Part shown: piece by piece, positions 27,030 to 36,425 of the stretch
Position numbering within the stretch: the first letter of the stretch is position 1
Layout: the number at the start of each line of letters is the position of its first letter
Source: an uncultured Rhodospirillaceae bacterium
GTDB taxonomy: Bacteria; Pseudomonadota; Alphaproteobacteria; JAEULC01
Length of the DNA: 64,000 nucleotides
Assembly: GCA_964557415.1 (NCBI GenBank)
Contig: CAZLBB010000007.1
Location: forward strand, 9,064 to 73,063
Direction of reading: 5' to 3'
Position numbers and translations under genes: made by a program
The notes under the pieces: generated by a model
What the model was told of the DNA's origin: nothing
Databases searched by the model: none
The model's input: only the letters and a program-made list of their open reading frames with translations

Positions 27030-28169
27030 CTATCCGGCCGCGGCAGCCGCGGTTTCGAAGGGGATGGTGCCGGCGCCGCGCGCGGGTCCGGCGATCGCTT
27101 CCTGGCGCTTGAACGCGAGCGCGAAATGGGCGCCGCCGCCGGCGACGGATTCGTAGCGGACGCTGCCGCCGAGCTGCTGGGCAAGGGCCTGCACGATCTG
27201 CATGCCGAAGCCCGCGCCGGAGCGGTCGTCCGTCCCATCCTGGTCCAAAGGCGTCCCGACGCCGTTGTCGACGACGTCCAGCCGCACCTTGCCGCCCTCG
27301 GTCGCGACCGCGATCCGCACCCGGCCGGCGCGCTGGCTGGCGAAGGCGTGCTTCAGCGCGTTGGTGATCGCCTCGTTGGCGATCAGCGCAAGCGGCACCG
27401 ACTGGTCGATCGGCAGCGCCGTGTCGTCGGCCGTCACCTCGATCTCCACCGCGCCCGCGTGCGGGTCGGCCTGCCGCAGGTACTCGACCAGCTTGCGCAT
27501 GTAGTTGCCGGCATTGACGCTGACGATGTTGGTGCTGCCGTACAGCGCCTGGTGCACCAGACTCATCGCATGCACGCGCGCGATGCTGCGCTCGAGGGCG
27601 TCGCGCAGCTGCGCGTCCGCGAACCGGCGCTGCTGCAGCCGCAGCATCGAGGCGACGACCTGCAGGTTGTTCTTCACGCGGTGATGCACCTCCTGCAGCA
27701 GGGCGGTGAGCTGCTGGTTGGCGCGCTCGACCTCTTCCGTGCGCTCGGCCACGCGGCGCTCCAGCTCCTCGTTCATGCGCTGCAGGACCTCGCGGCTCGG
27801 CAGGGACAGGAGCCGCGGCAGGAGCGGCCAGACCAGGATGGCCGTGCCGATCGAGGCGATGCCCGTCGCCAGCTTGACGATCGCCTCCAGCCCGTAGATC
27901 GGATGCCAGAACGAGACGATGTTCAACAGATGCGCGGCGCCGCAGAGCAGGATGAAGGTGCCGAACAGGTAGAGAGGCCAGGTGAACAGCAGGCCGCGCC
28001 GCCGGCGCGCCAGCGTGACCAGGAAGACCGGGATGGTGAAGTAGGCCAGCGCGATGGTGGCGTCGGCGACGACATGGGTCCAGACCAGGTCCGGCCGCCA
28101 CAGCAGGCAGAAGCCGTGCGGCATGAGCTGGTCGGTGCTGAACAGCCACTGCGTGATGGAATCGATCAT
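27030..28169 (-). CDS. Sensor histidine kinase with an HWE/HisKA_2-type dimerisation domain and an N-terminal membrane sensor region
   Basis: About 5 TM helices, then EVHHRVKNNLQVVASMLRLQ (H-box of HisKA_2/HWE kinases) and an ATPase domain ending in a G-rich lid (GAGFGMQIV). Confidence 0.8.
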   Translation of the reverse strand: MIDSITQWLFSTDQLMPHGFCLLWRPDLVWTHVVADATIALAYFTIPVFLVTLARRRRGLLFTWPLYLFGTFILLCGAAHLLNIVSFWHPIYGLEAIVKLATGIASIGTAILVWPLLPRLLSLPSREVLQRMNEELERRVAERTEEVERANQQLTALLQEVHHRVKNNLQVVASMLRLQQRRFADAQLRDALERSIARVHAMSLVHQALYGSTNIVSVNAGNYMRKLVEYLRQADPHAGAVEIEVTADDTALPIDQSVPLALIANEAITNALKHAFASQRAGRVRIAVATEGGKVRLDVVDNGVGTPLDQDGTDDRSGAGFGMQIVQALAQQLGGSVRYESVAGGGAHFALAFKRQEAIAGPARGAGTIPFETAAAAAG

Positions 28170-28240
28170 CGCTGCCCCGCCGTGAGCATGTCGGTCGCAG
28201 GTGTTCGCCGCAGGCCTTCGGCAGCGACGCGAACGCGGCG

Positions 28241-28693
28241 TTATTCCGGGTCGCGGCAGGCGCGCTGGATGGCGCGCTTCAGCCCGTCGATCGAGATCGG
28301 CTTCGGCACCAGGGGCGCCCGGCCGAACTTGCCGATGCGCAGCAGCGTTTCGGGATCGGTATTGCCGGTCACGAACACGATGCGCGCGCCGTGGCGCTCG
28401 CGGATCTGGCGGGCCGCGTCGATCCCATCGCCGTCCGGCAACCGGATGTCCATCAGCGCCACATCGGGCGGCTGCTGGGCGGCCGATCGCAGGGCTTCGC
28501 TGACCGAGGCGACGGGCCCGATCACCGTGCCACCGAACTGCTCCACGATCGACGCGAGGTCGAGGGCGACCAGGCCTTCATCCTCCACCACCAGGACGCG
28601 CAGCTCGCGCCCGTCGGCGCGGCTGAGCCTGTCGCTAAGCTCGGCCTTCATCGTGGATCCGCCCTGGTCGACCGGCGACGCGGCTTGCGGCAT
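28241..28693 (-). CDS. Single-domain response regulator (receiver only)
   Basis: REC fold motifs (VLVVEDEGLVALDL ... DVALMDIRLPDGDG ... IVFVTG ... KPI). Lies immediately downstream of the kinase. Start at 28693, with GGGAG 5 nt upstream. Confidence 0.8.
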   Translation of the reverse strand: MPQAASPVDQGGSTMKAELSDRLSRADGRELRVLVVEDEGLVALDLASIVEQFGGTVIGPVASVSEALRSAAQQPPDVALMDIRLPDGDGIDAARQIRERHGARIVFVTGNTDPETLLRIGKFGRAPLVPKPISIDGLKRAIQRACRDPE

Positions 28694-28873
28694 GGAGGCT
28701 CCCGCGGCCCTGGGGCTTGCCTAGCTTGAAAGTTATACCCGCTATCAACAATATTCACAGGTCGCAAGCGCTGGCAATCCAAGGCGCCCTGATTCGTCTG
28801 GCTTTGCGCAACGTCAAATGGCGCCGCCCCTGCTGCGGCACCCACGCAGGAGCAATTTTTCCAGCTGGTTCAA

Positions 28874-29656
28874 TTACTTCGTGAAGCGATCCCACAGGCC
28901 CAGGGCGATCTCCAGCGCAATCAGGGCAATAATGTACCACTCCAGCCGGTGGCTCGTCCGGGTCGAGATCAGGTCGGTGATCGTGTCCGCGGTCTCGCGG
29001 ATGACGGCCAGCCGCCGCTCGATCGCGCGGGCGCGCTGCGGCAGGTCGTATTCGTCGACCAGCTTGGCCCAGAAGCGCTCGAGCTCCGGATGGTCCCATA
29101 ACAGGTCCGGCTTTTCGTCCAGGTCGACGCGTTCCGCCAAGCGCTGCTGGATATGCAGGGCTTCGCCGATCTGGCCGAGCAGCGCCGATTTCGGCCCGGG
29201 CGGCAGGCGGCGCTTGACGAGGCTCGACGCCACCGGCTCCAGGCGCTCGAAGGCGCGTGCGATGCGCCGCTCGTCATGCGCCAACGCCACGCTGACCGCC
29301 AGCGCCTCGGCCACCAGCAGCAGGCGGTTCGGATCCGCCGCCTTCAACTGGATCGCACCCGTCGGCGAGGTGATGTCGTCCTCGGCCGGCCGCACCACGA
29401 TCTGCGCCGATTCGCTCTCGCGCTCGTTCAGCGGCTCGATCACGCGCGTGCCCAGGCCGCGGACCACGTCCTCCTCCTCGATCGGCGTCATGTTGACGAA
29501 GACCACTGCGCCCGACTTGAACAGTACGACCGTTCCGCCGCTGCGGGTGCGGAAGGCAAGCGGGTTGCTCGAGAACGCGTCCTCGCGCTCCAGCCCCTTC
29601 AAGTCGATGTGGTCGCCGAGCTGCAGCGCGCGGATATGCATCGCTTCGTTGGCCAT
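28874..29656 (-). CDS. RMD1/YagE-family (DUF155) protein with a C-terminal TM helix
   Basis: 260 aa. Conserved DUF155 core and a terminal hydrophobic helix (LEWYIIALIALEIALGLW). Confidence 0.6.
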   Translation of the reverse strand: MANEAMHIRALQLGDHIDLKGLEREDAFSSNPLAFRTRSGGTVVLFKSGAVVFVNMTPIEEEDVVRGLGTRVIEPLNERESESAQIVVRPAEDDITSPTGAIQLKAADPNRLLLVAEALAVSVALAHDERRIARAFERLEPVASSLVKRRLPPGPKSALLGQIGEALHIQQRLAERVDLDEKPDLLWDHPELERFWAKLVDEYDLPQRARAIERRLAVIRETADTITDLISTRTSHRLEWYIIALIALEIALGLWDRFTK

Positions 29657-29736
29657 GGAACCCCCGGGAGCTGGCCGCGGGACAAAGTCGTAGCATTTCC
29701 GGAGATTCCCCGCCCGCCCGCGGATATGATCGTCGC

Positions 29737-30258
29737 ATGGTGCAGATCCAGCGCATGGAAGCCCTCGCGGCCGACATCACCGGCCTCAAGGTCGACGCCA
29801 TCGTCAACGCGGCCAACAGCCGCCTGATCCGCGGCGGCGGCGTCGACGGCGCGATCCATCGCGCCGCCGGACCCGAGCTGCAGGAGGAGCTCAACGGCAT
29901 CGGCGGCTGCCCGACCGGCCAGGCCGTGATCACGAAAGCCTATCGCCTGCCGGCGAAGCGCATCATCCACACGGTCGGGCCGGTCTGGCGCGGCGGCAAG
30001 TCGGGCGAGGCCGAGCAGCTGGCAAGCTGCTACCGCGCGTCCCTGGCGCTGGCGGTCGAGCACGGCGTCAAGTCGGTGGCATTCCCCGCCATCTCGACCG
30101 GCATCTACGGCTACCCGCTGGACGCGGCGACGCGGATCGCGGTCGGCACGGTGGCCGAGATCCTGGGCAGGGAGAAGCGCATCGAGCGCGTCATCTTCTG
30201 CTGCTTCGGCGACGAGGCGCTCAAGACCTATCAGCGCGCGCTCGCGGACCTGCGATAA
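29737..30258 (+). CDS. Macro-domain protein (O-acetyl-ADP-ribose deacetylase, YmdB/MacroD-like)
   Basis: The translation DAIVNAANSRLIRGGGVDGAIHRAAGPEL ... GGCPTGQAVIT ... AFPAISTGIYGYP is the canonical macro-domain signature. Confidence 0.8.
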   Translation: MVQIQRMEALAADITGLKVDAIVNAANSRLIRGGGVDGAIHRAAGPELQEELNGIGGCPTGQAVITKAYRLPAKRIIHTVGPVWRGGKSGEAEQLASCYRASLALAVEHGVKSVAFPAISTGIYGYPLDAATRIAVGTVAEILGREKRIERVIFCCFGDEALKTYQRALADLR

Positions 30259-30279
30259 TCGGCCGGCCGCTGCCTCGTC

Positions 30280-32958
30280 ATGTCGATCCGCAACCTCGAC
30301 GCGCTGCTCCGGCCGCAATCGGTCGCGCTGATCGGCGTCAGCCGGCGCCCCGGCGCGGTAGGCACGGTGGTGGCGCGCAACCTGATGGAAGGCGGCTTCA
30401 AGGGCAAGCTGCTGCTGGTCAATCCCAAGCACAAGAGAATCGCCGGCCTGCCGGTCTATCCCGACGTCGCGGCCCTGCCGCTGGTGCCCGACCTTGCCGT
30501 CATCGCCACGCCGCCTGCGACCGTGCCGGGCCTCGTTGCCGCGGTGGCCGCGCGCGGCACGCGCGCCGCGGTGGTGATCACGGCCGGAGTCGGCGCCAAG
30601 GACGGCCTGCGCCAGGCGATGCTCGATGCGGCGCGGCCGCATCTCCTGCGCGTGCTCGGGCCGAACTGCGTCGGCATCCTGGCGCCGCAGATCGGCCTCA
30701 ATGCCAGCTTCGCCCATATCGGTGCGCCGCCGGGCGACCTCGGCTTCGTCACCCAGTCGGGCGCGATCCTGGTATCCGTGCTCGATTGGGCGACGTCGCG
30801 CGGCATCGGCTTCTCGCACATGGTCTCGCTCGGCGACATGGCCGACGTGGATTTCGGCGACATGCTCGACTATCTCGGGCGCGATCCCAACGTGCGCGCC
30901 GTGCTGCTCTACATCGAGCAGGTCACGCATGCGCGCAAGTTCATGTCGGCTGCGCGCGCCACCGCGCGCATCAAGCCCGTCGTCGTGGTCAAGGCCGGTC
31001 GCGGCGAGGCCGGCGCCAGGGCCGCGGCTTCCCATACCGGCGCGCTCGCCGGCATGGACGCGGTCTACGATGCCGCCTTCCGCCGCGCCGGCATGCTGCG
31101 CGTGCGCGAGCTCGCCGACCTGTTCGCTGCCGTCGAGACGCTGGCGATGCTGCGCCCGCCTGCCGGCGACCGGCTGGCGATCGTCACCAACGGCGGCGGG
31201 CTCGGCGTCATGGCGGTGGACACGGTATCCGAGGCGGGCGCCACGCTGGCGTCCCTCTCGCCCGAGACGATGGCGCGCCTGAACGCCGTGCTGCCGGCCA
31301 CCTGGTCGCACGACAATCCCGTCGACATCATCGGCGACGCGGACGGATCGCGCTATGCCGCCGCCGTCGCCGCCGTGCTCGAAGACCGCAACGTCGACGC
31401 TCTGCTGGTGCTCAACTGCCCGACCGCGATCACCTCGCCGCTCGAGGCCGCCGAGGCGGTGATCAAGGCGGTCGGCGACCGGCGGCGCTCGGTGCTGACC
31501 AGCTGGGTCGGCGGCGCGGCGGCCGAGCCGGGCCGCCGGCGCCTGGCCGAGGCGCGCATCGCCTCGTTCGACACGCCAGACCAGGCCGTGCGCGGCTTCA
31601 TGCGGCTTGTCGAGTACCGGCGCAACCAGGAAGCGCTGATGCAGACGCCGCCGGTGCTCGCCAGCGAAATCCGCCCCGATGCGGCGCGTGGCCGCGCCAT
31701 CGTCGAGCAGGCGCTGGCGTCCGGGTCGCAATGGCTGGGCGAGGCCGAGGCCAAGGACCTGCTCGCCGCCTATGGCGTGCCGGTGGTGCCGACGCGCATC
31801 GCCGTCACGCCCGAACAGGTCGCCGAGTTCGCGCACGGCATGATGGGTCCGGTCGCGGTCAAGATCCGCTCGCCCGATATCACGCACAAGACCGACGTGG
31901 GCGGCGTTGCGCTCGATCTCGCCACGCCGGTCGCCGCGCGCCAGGCGGCGGCGCGCATGCTCGACGTGGTGCGCGCGCGCCGTCCCGACGCGCGGCTCGA
32001 GGGCTTCACCGTGCAGCCCATGGCCAGCCGCCCGCGCGCGCACGAGCTGATCGTCGGCATCGTCGAGGACCGGCAGTTCGGACCGGTCGTGCTGATAGGC
32101 CAAGGCGGCACGGCGGTCGAGCTGGCGGACGACAAGGCGCTGGCCTTGCCGCCGCTCAACCTCGTACTCGCGCGCGAGGCGCTCTCGCGCACGCGCATCT
32201 GGCGCCTGCTGCAGCCGCATCGCGGCCGGCCCGGCGCCGATCTCGACGCCATCGCGCTCGCCATGATCCGCGCCGCGCAGATCGCCATCGACCTGCCCGA
32301 GGTCGTCGAGCTCGACATCAACCCGCTCTTGGCCGACGCCGACGGCGTGGTGGCGCTGGACGCGCGTGTGCGCGTGCGCCCGGTCCAGACGGTCGACGGC
32401 AGGCGCCCGACGACCGATCGCCTGGCGATCCGCCCCTACCCGCAGGAGCTGGAGGAGATCGTCGCCGACCATGATGGGCGCCGCTACCGCCTCAGGCCCA
32501 TCCGGCCCGAGGACGAGCCGGCGCTGCGCCATGCCTTCACCAAGCTGAGCCCGCATGCCGTGCGCATGCGCTTCTTCGCGCCGCTGCGCGCGCTCGACCA
32601 CGCCATGGCGGCACGGCTGACGCAGATCGACTACGATCGCGAGATAGCCTTCGTGCTGGCGGCGCCGCTCGAGAGCGGCGCGGAGGAGCTCTACGGCGTC
32701 GGCCGCCTCAGCGCTGACCCGGACAACGCCCGTGCCGAGTTCGCCGTCATCGTGCGCACCGACGTGACGGGCAAAGGCCTCGGGCATCTGCTGATGCAGC
32801 GCATCCTTTCCTATGCCCGCGCCCGCGGCATCGGCGAGGTCCACGGCGACGTGCTGGCCGAGAACACCAGCATGCTCGAGCTCTGCCGCCAGCTCGGCTT
32901 TTCCATCCAGGCCTCGCCCGACGACGGCGCCGTGATGCAGGTGAGCGTCAGGCCGTAA
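30280..32958 (+). CDS. Pat/YfiQ-like protein acetyltransferase: an NDP-forming acyl-CoA synthetase-like region (CoA-binding + ATP-grasp) fused to a C-terminal GNAT domain
   Basis: 892 aa. N-terminal CoA-binding/succinyl-CoA-synthetase-like domains, a central ATP-grasp, and a C-terminal GNAT (RLRPIRPEDEPALRHAF ... VTGKGLGHLLMQRILSYARARGI). Confidence 0.8.
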   Translation: MSIRNLDALLRPQSVALIGVSRRPGAVGTVVARNLMEGGFKGKLLLVNPKHKRIAGLPVYPDVAALPLVPDLAVIATPPATVPGLVAAVAARGTRAAVVITAGVGAKDGLRQAMLDAARPHLLRVLGPNCVGILAPQIGLNASFAHIGAPPGDLGFVTQSGAILVSVLDWATSRGIGFSHMVSLGDMADVDFGDMLDYLGRDPNVRAVLLYIEQVTHARKFMSAARATARIKPVVVVKAGRGEAGARAAASHTGALAGMDAVYDAAFRRAGMLRVRELADLFAAVETLAMLRPPAGDRLAIVTNGGGLGVMAVDTVSEAGATLASLSPETMARLNAVLPATWSHDNPVDIIGDADGSRYAAAVAAVLEDRNVDALLVLNCPTAITSPLEAAEAVIKAVGDRRRSVLTSWVGGAAAEPGRRRLAEARIASFDTPDQAVRGFMRLVEYRRNQEALMQTPPVLASEIRPDAARGRAIVEQALASGSQWLGEAEAKDLLAAYGVPVVPTRIAVTPEQVAEFAHGMMGPVAVKIRSPDITHKTDVGGVALDLATPVAARQAAARMLDVVRARRPDARLEGFTVQPMASRPRAHELIVGIVEDRQFGPVVLIGQGGTAVELADDKALALPPLNLVLAREALSRTRIWRLLQPHRGRPGADLDAIALAMIRAAQIAIDLPEVVELDINPLLADADGVVALDARVRVRPVQTVDGRRPTTDRLAIRPYPQELEEIVADHDGRRYRLRPIRPEDEPALRHAFTKLSPHAVRMRFFAPLRALDHAMAARLTQIDYDREIAFVLAAPLESGAEELYGVGRLSADPDNARAEFAVIVRTDVTGKGLGHLLMQRILSYARARGIGEVHGDVLAENTSMLELCRQLGFSIQASPDDGAVMQVSVRP

Positions 32959-32967
32959 GGGTCGCGC

Positions 32968-34821
32968 TCAGTTGCCTGCCGCCGCCTTGCGCTGCGCCAG
33001 GGTCGCTTCCTTCTTCGGATCGACCCACCACGCGTCGAACTGCGCCCCCTGCTTTGGCGTCACCGCAGGCCGCCCGAACTTGTCCCAGTAGGCCAGCCGG
33101 TCGACGTTGGTGTGGAAATTGGGGATGACCCAGAAGCCCCATTGCAGCACGCGGTCGAGCGCGCGTGTGCGCGCCACCAGTGCCTGGCGGTCGGGCGCGG
33201 CGATCAGCTTCTCGATCAGCTCGTCGATCGCTTTGCTCTTGATGCCGACCGAGTTGCGGCTGCCCTTCTGGTCGGCGGCGGCGGTGCTCCAGAAGTCGCG
33301 CTGCTCGTTGCCCGGCGATTCCGACTGGCCCCAGACCTCGACCGTCATGTCGAAATCGAACTCGTCCGAACGGCGCTGGTATTGCGCCGTGTCGACCGTG
33401 CGCACCGACGCCTCGATGCCCAGCCGCTCCAGGTTTTTCACGAACGGCAGCACGATGCGCTCGAATTGCGGGTTGTTGAGCAGAATCTCGAAGCGCATCG
33501 GCTCCCCGGTCCTGTCGTTGACCAGCTTGCCGCCCTTGATCGACCAGCCCGCCTCCTTCAAGAGCTGCGCGCCCTTCATCAGATTGCCGCGGATGTTGCC
33601 CGACCCGTCGGTGCGCGGCGGGTTGTATTCCTGCGCGAACGCTTCGTCCGGGATCTGGCCGCGCAGCGGTTCCAGCAGCTTCAGCTCCTCCGGCCCGGGC
33701 AGGCCCTTGGCCTCGAGCTCGGAATTGCCGAAATAGCTGCGCGTGCGCGTATACTGCTCGTAGAACAGGGTCCTGTTCGACCATTCGAAATCGAAGGCGA
33801 AGCCGAGCGCCTCGCGCACCTTGCGGTCCTGAAAGATCGGGCGCCGCACGTTGAAGGCGAAGCCCTGCATGCCCTGCGTGCGGCTGTTCTTCAGCGCCTC
33901 CTTGACGATCACGCCGGCCTTGACCGCCGGCACGTCGTAGCCGGTGGCCCATTCCTTGGCCGAGTTCTCGACCCGGAAGTCGAACGCGCCGGCCTTGAAC
34001 GCCTCCAGCGCGACCGTGGCGTCGCGGTAGTAGTCGTAGCGGATCGCGTCGAAGTTCTCGCGCCCGATGTTCACCGCCAGGTCCTTGCCCCAGTAGTCGG
34101 GCACGCGGCGATAGGTGATCGCACGACCCGGATCGATGCTGTCTATCTTGTAGGCGGCGCTGCCGAGCGGCGGCTCGAGCGTCGTCTTCTCGAAGTCGCG
34201 CGTCTCCCAGTAATGCTTGGGCAGCACTGGCAGCTGGCCGAGGATCAGCGGCAATTCGTGGTTCTCGCCCGGCTTGAAGCCGAATTTCACCGTGCGCTCG
34301 CCCGTCTTCGCCACCTGGTCGACATGCTGGTAGTAGAGCCGGTAGAAGGGCGCGCCCTTCTCGCGCAGGATGTTGAAGGTGAAGATCACGTCGTCGACCG
34401 TGATCGGCTTGCCGTCGTGCCAGCGGGCGTTCGGCCGCAGCGTGAAGGCGACCCAGGACCGGTCGGCCGGCGTCTCGATCTTCTCCGCCAGCAGGCCGTA
34501 CTGGCTGAACGGCTCGTCGGCCGAGCCCGCCATCAGCGAATCGTAGATCTGCCCCAGGCCGGCAGCGGCGCGGCCCTTGATGACGAAGCCGTTCAGCGTG
34601 TCGAAGCCGCCGATCGCCGCCAGCTTGACCTCGCCGCCCTTGGGTGCGTTCGGGCTGACGTAGTCGAAGTGCTTGAAGTCGTCCTTGTATTTCGGCGTGC
34701 CGTGCATGGCGATGCCCAGCCCGTTGACCGGCTGATCGGCCAGCGCGCCCGCCGCGGGCGCGCCCGCGAGCAGCGCGGACGCAAGCAGGCGGAAGAGATG
34801 GGGCCGCATTCCCTGGCGCAT
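32968..34821 (-). CDS. ABC transporter substrate-binding protein, family 5 (oligopeptide/microcin-C YejA-like)
   Basis: 617 aa with a signal peptide and the SBP_bac_5 fold. No permease or ATPase genes are adjacent. Confidence 0.8.
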   Translation of the reverse strand: MRQGMRPHLFRLLASALLAGAPAAGALADQPVNGLGIAMHGTPKYKDDFKHFDYVSPNAPKGGEVKLAAIGGFDTLNGFVIKGRAAAGLGQIYDSLMAGSADEPFSQYGLLAEKIETPADRSWVAFTLRPNARWHDGKPITVDDVIFTFNILREKGAPFYRLYYQHVDQVAKTGERTVKFGFKPGENHELPLILGQLPVLPKHYWETRDFEKTTLEPPLGSAAYKIDSIDPGRAITYRRVPDYWGKDLAVNIGRENFDAIRYDYYRDATVALEAFKAGAFDFRVENSAKEWATGYDVPAVKAGVIVKEALKNSRTQGMQGFAFNVRRPIFQDRKVREALGFAFDFEWSNRTLFYEQYTRTRSYFGNSELEAKGLPGPEELKLLEPLRGQIPDEAFAQEYNPPRTDGSGNIRGNLMKGAQLLKEAGWSIKGGKLVNDRTGEPMRFEILLNNPQFERIVLPFVKNLERLGIEASVRTVDTAQYQRRSDEFDFDMTVEVWGQSESPGNEQRDFWSTAAADQKGSRNSVGIKSKAIDELIEKLIAAPDRQALVARTRALDRVLQWGFWVIPNFHTNVDRLAYWDKFGRPAVTPKQGAQFDAWWVDPKKEATLAQRKAAAGN

Positions 34822-34879
34822 GGCGGATTCCTTGGCTATGCGAGGACCGCCCCGACTCTGGCCGATGCACGCCGGACCA

Positions 34880-35680
34880 TCAACCCGCGAGCGTGCGCAC
34901 CACGTCCTTGTGAAGCTGCCGGTCGCCGCAGGCGACCACGCGCCCGTCGGACCTGAGGCCGAGCGCCGTTCCGTTCCAGTCGGTCAGCGCGCCGCCGGCG
35001 CCTTCGATGATCGGCACCTGGGCCAGGTAGTCGTACGGCTTGAGGCTGGCCTCGACCACGATGTCGATATGGCCGATCGCGACCAGGCCGTAGGCGTAGC
35101 AATCGCTGCCGTAGCGCGGCAGCTTCACCGCCTTACGCAGCCGCTCGTAGGCGGGCCAGTTGTCGCCCTTGAACATTTCGGGCGACGTGGAGAACAGCGA
35201 CGCCTCGGCCAGGCTCGCGCAGGGGCGCGTCCGCGCGATCTGGCCGCAGAACAGGGTCGGCCGCCCCTCGACGCCGATCCAGCGCTCGCGTGAAATGGGC
35301 TGGTCGATCACGCCCAGGATCGGCCGGCCGCGATGCAGCAGCGCGATCAGCGTGCCGAACAGCGGCACGCCCGAGATGAAGGACTTCGTGCCGTCGATCG
35401 GATCGAGTACCCAGACGAACTCGGCGTCGAGGCGCTCGGGCCCGAATTCCTCGCCCAGGATGCCATGGCCGGGGCACTCGCGCGCGATGATCGCGCGCAT
35501 CGCCGCCTCCGCCTCGCGGTCGGCGACGGTCACGGGCGAGGCGTCGTCCTTGCCGATGACATCGAGCCGCGTGCGGAAATACGGACGGATGATGGCGCCG
35601 GCGGCGTCGGCGAGCCGGTCGGCGAGGGCGATCAACGCTTCCGGGCGGCCCGTGCCGATGCGCCCGGCCGTCAGCGTCAA
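34880..35680 (-). CDS. Inositol-monophosphatase-family protein (HisN-like histidinol-phosphatase candidate)
   Basis: IMPase motifs (WVLDPIDGTKSFISGVPLFGTLIAL ... GSDCYAYGLVAIGHIDIVVEASLKPYD). The proposed TTG start at 35680 overlaps the stop of the upstream cytochrome c gene (TTGA). The ORF-track entry 34880..36904 is an over-extension. Confidence 0.65.
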   Translation of the reverse strand: MTLTAGRIGTGRPEALIALADRLADAAGAIIRPYFRTRLDVIGKDDASPVTVADREAEAAMRAIIARECPGHGILGEEFGPERLDAEFVWVLDPIDGTKSFISGVPLFGTLIALLHRGRPILGVIDQPISRERWIGVEGRPTLFCGQIARTRPCASLAEASLFSTSPEMFKGDNWPAYERLRKAVKLPRYGSDCYAYGLVAIGHIDIVVEASLKPYDYLAQVPIIEGAGGALTDWNGTALGLRSDGRVVACGDRQLHKDVVRTLAG

Positions 35681-36228
35681 GGCAGCGGCTTCGGCTGATC
35701 GCTGAGCGAGCGCAGATAGGCGATCACGTCGGCCCGCTCCTTGGCGCTCGAGATGCCGGCGAACGCCATCTTGGTGCCGGGCACGACGCCCTTGGGATTG
35801 GCCAGGAACTGGTTCAGATCCTCGTAGTCCCAGTTCTTGTCCTTCATGCCCGCCAAGCCCTGCGAATAGGCGAAGCTGGCGGAATGGGCGCGATGGCCGC
35901 CCACGACGTTCCACAGGTTGGGGCCGACGCGGTCCGGCCCGCCCTTGGTGAAGGTGTGGCAGGCCGCGCACTTCTTCGCCGCCGCCTCGCCCGCCTCGGG
36001 CTTGGCACTGGCCAGGAGCGGCCCGATCGGCTCGATCGCCTTGGGCGCGCCGGCCGCCGCCGTCGCCGCCTCGGGTACCGCCACGACGTAGACGTTCTCC
36101 TTCAGCTTCTTCGGGTGCACCAGCAGCTCCGCGATGAAGCCGGTCGTCATGGCGATCAGGCCGGCGAACAGGATCGCCCCCACCACCTTGTTCCAGAACA
36201 ACGGATCGGATTGCTTGGTTGTCGCCAT
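35677..36228 (-). CDS. Membrane-anchored mono-haem cytochrome c (CycM/c552-like)
   Basis: N-terminal TM anchor (VVGAILFAGLIAMTTGFIA). Single CAACH haem site plus a downstream Met ligand region (GTKMAFAG), typical of the cytochrome c2/c550 fold. Confidence 0.8.
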   Translation of the reverse strand: MATTKQSDPLFWNKVVGAILFAGLIAMTTGFIAELLVHPKKLKENVYVVAVPEAATAAAGAPKAIEPIGPLLASAKPEAGEAAAKKCAACHTFTKGGPDRVGPNLWNVVGGHRAHSASFAYSQGLAGMKDKNWDYEDLNQFLANPKGVVPGTKMAFAGISSAKERADVIAYLRSLSDQPKPLP

Positions 36229-36425
36229 GAACCTGATTTTCCCTCAAAGCGGCCTGGACCGGCCGCCCACCCCTCGAAGCGGGCGGAATGTAGCCTCCCG
36301 CAACGCACAAAGGCAATACGCCAAACGTCGGGGTCGCAACGCCTTCGCCGGCCCCGCCGGCTTCAGGATCGTGGCTCGCCGCGGCCGCTTCCCGCCCGGG
36401 GCGCGCTTCGCTATGGTCGCCGCCG

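Noticed and set aside
28694-28873. EcfG-type general-stress promoter (GGAAC-N16-17-CGTT) upstream of the receiver/HWE-kinase operon
   Set aside because: No GGAAC motif was found in either orientation in this AT-rich spacer. Only a weak sigma-70-like TTGATA/TATAAC pair with poor spacing is present.
32948-34870. 640-aa alternative-frame ORF overlapping the family-5 SBP gene
   Set aside because: Same strand, different frame. The translation is Arg/Gly-rich with no domain signature, whereas the 32968..34821 frame gives a clean signal peptide plus SBP_bac_5 protein.
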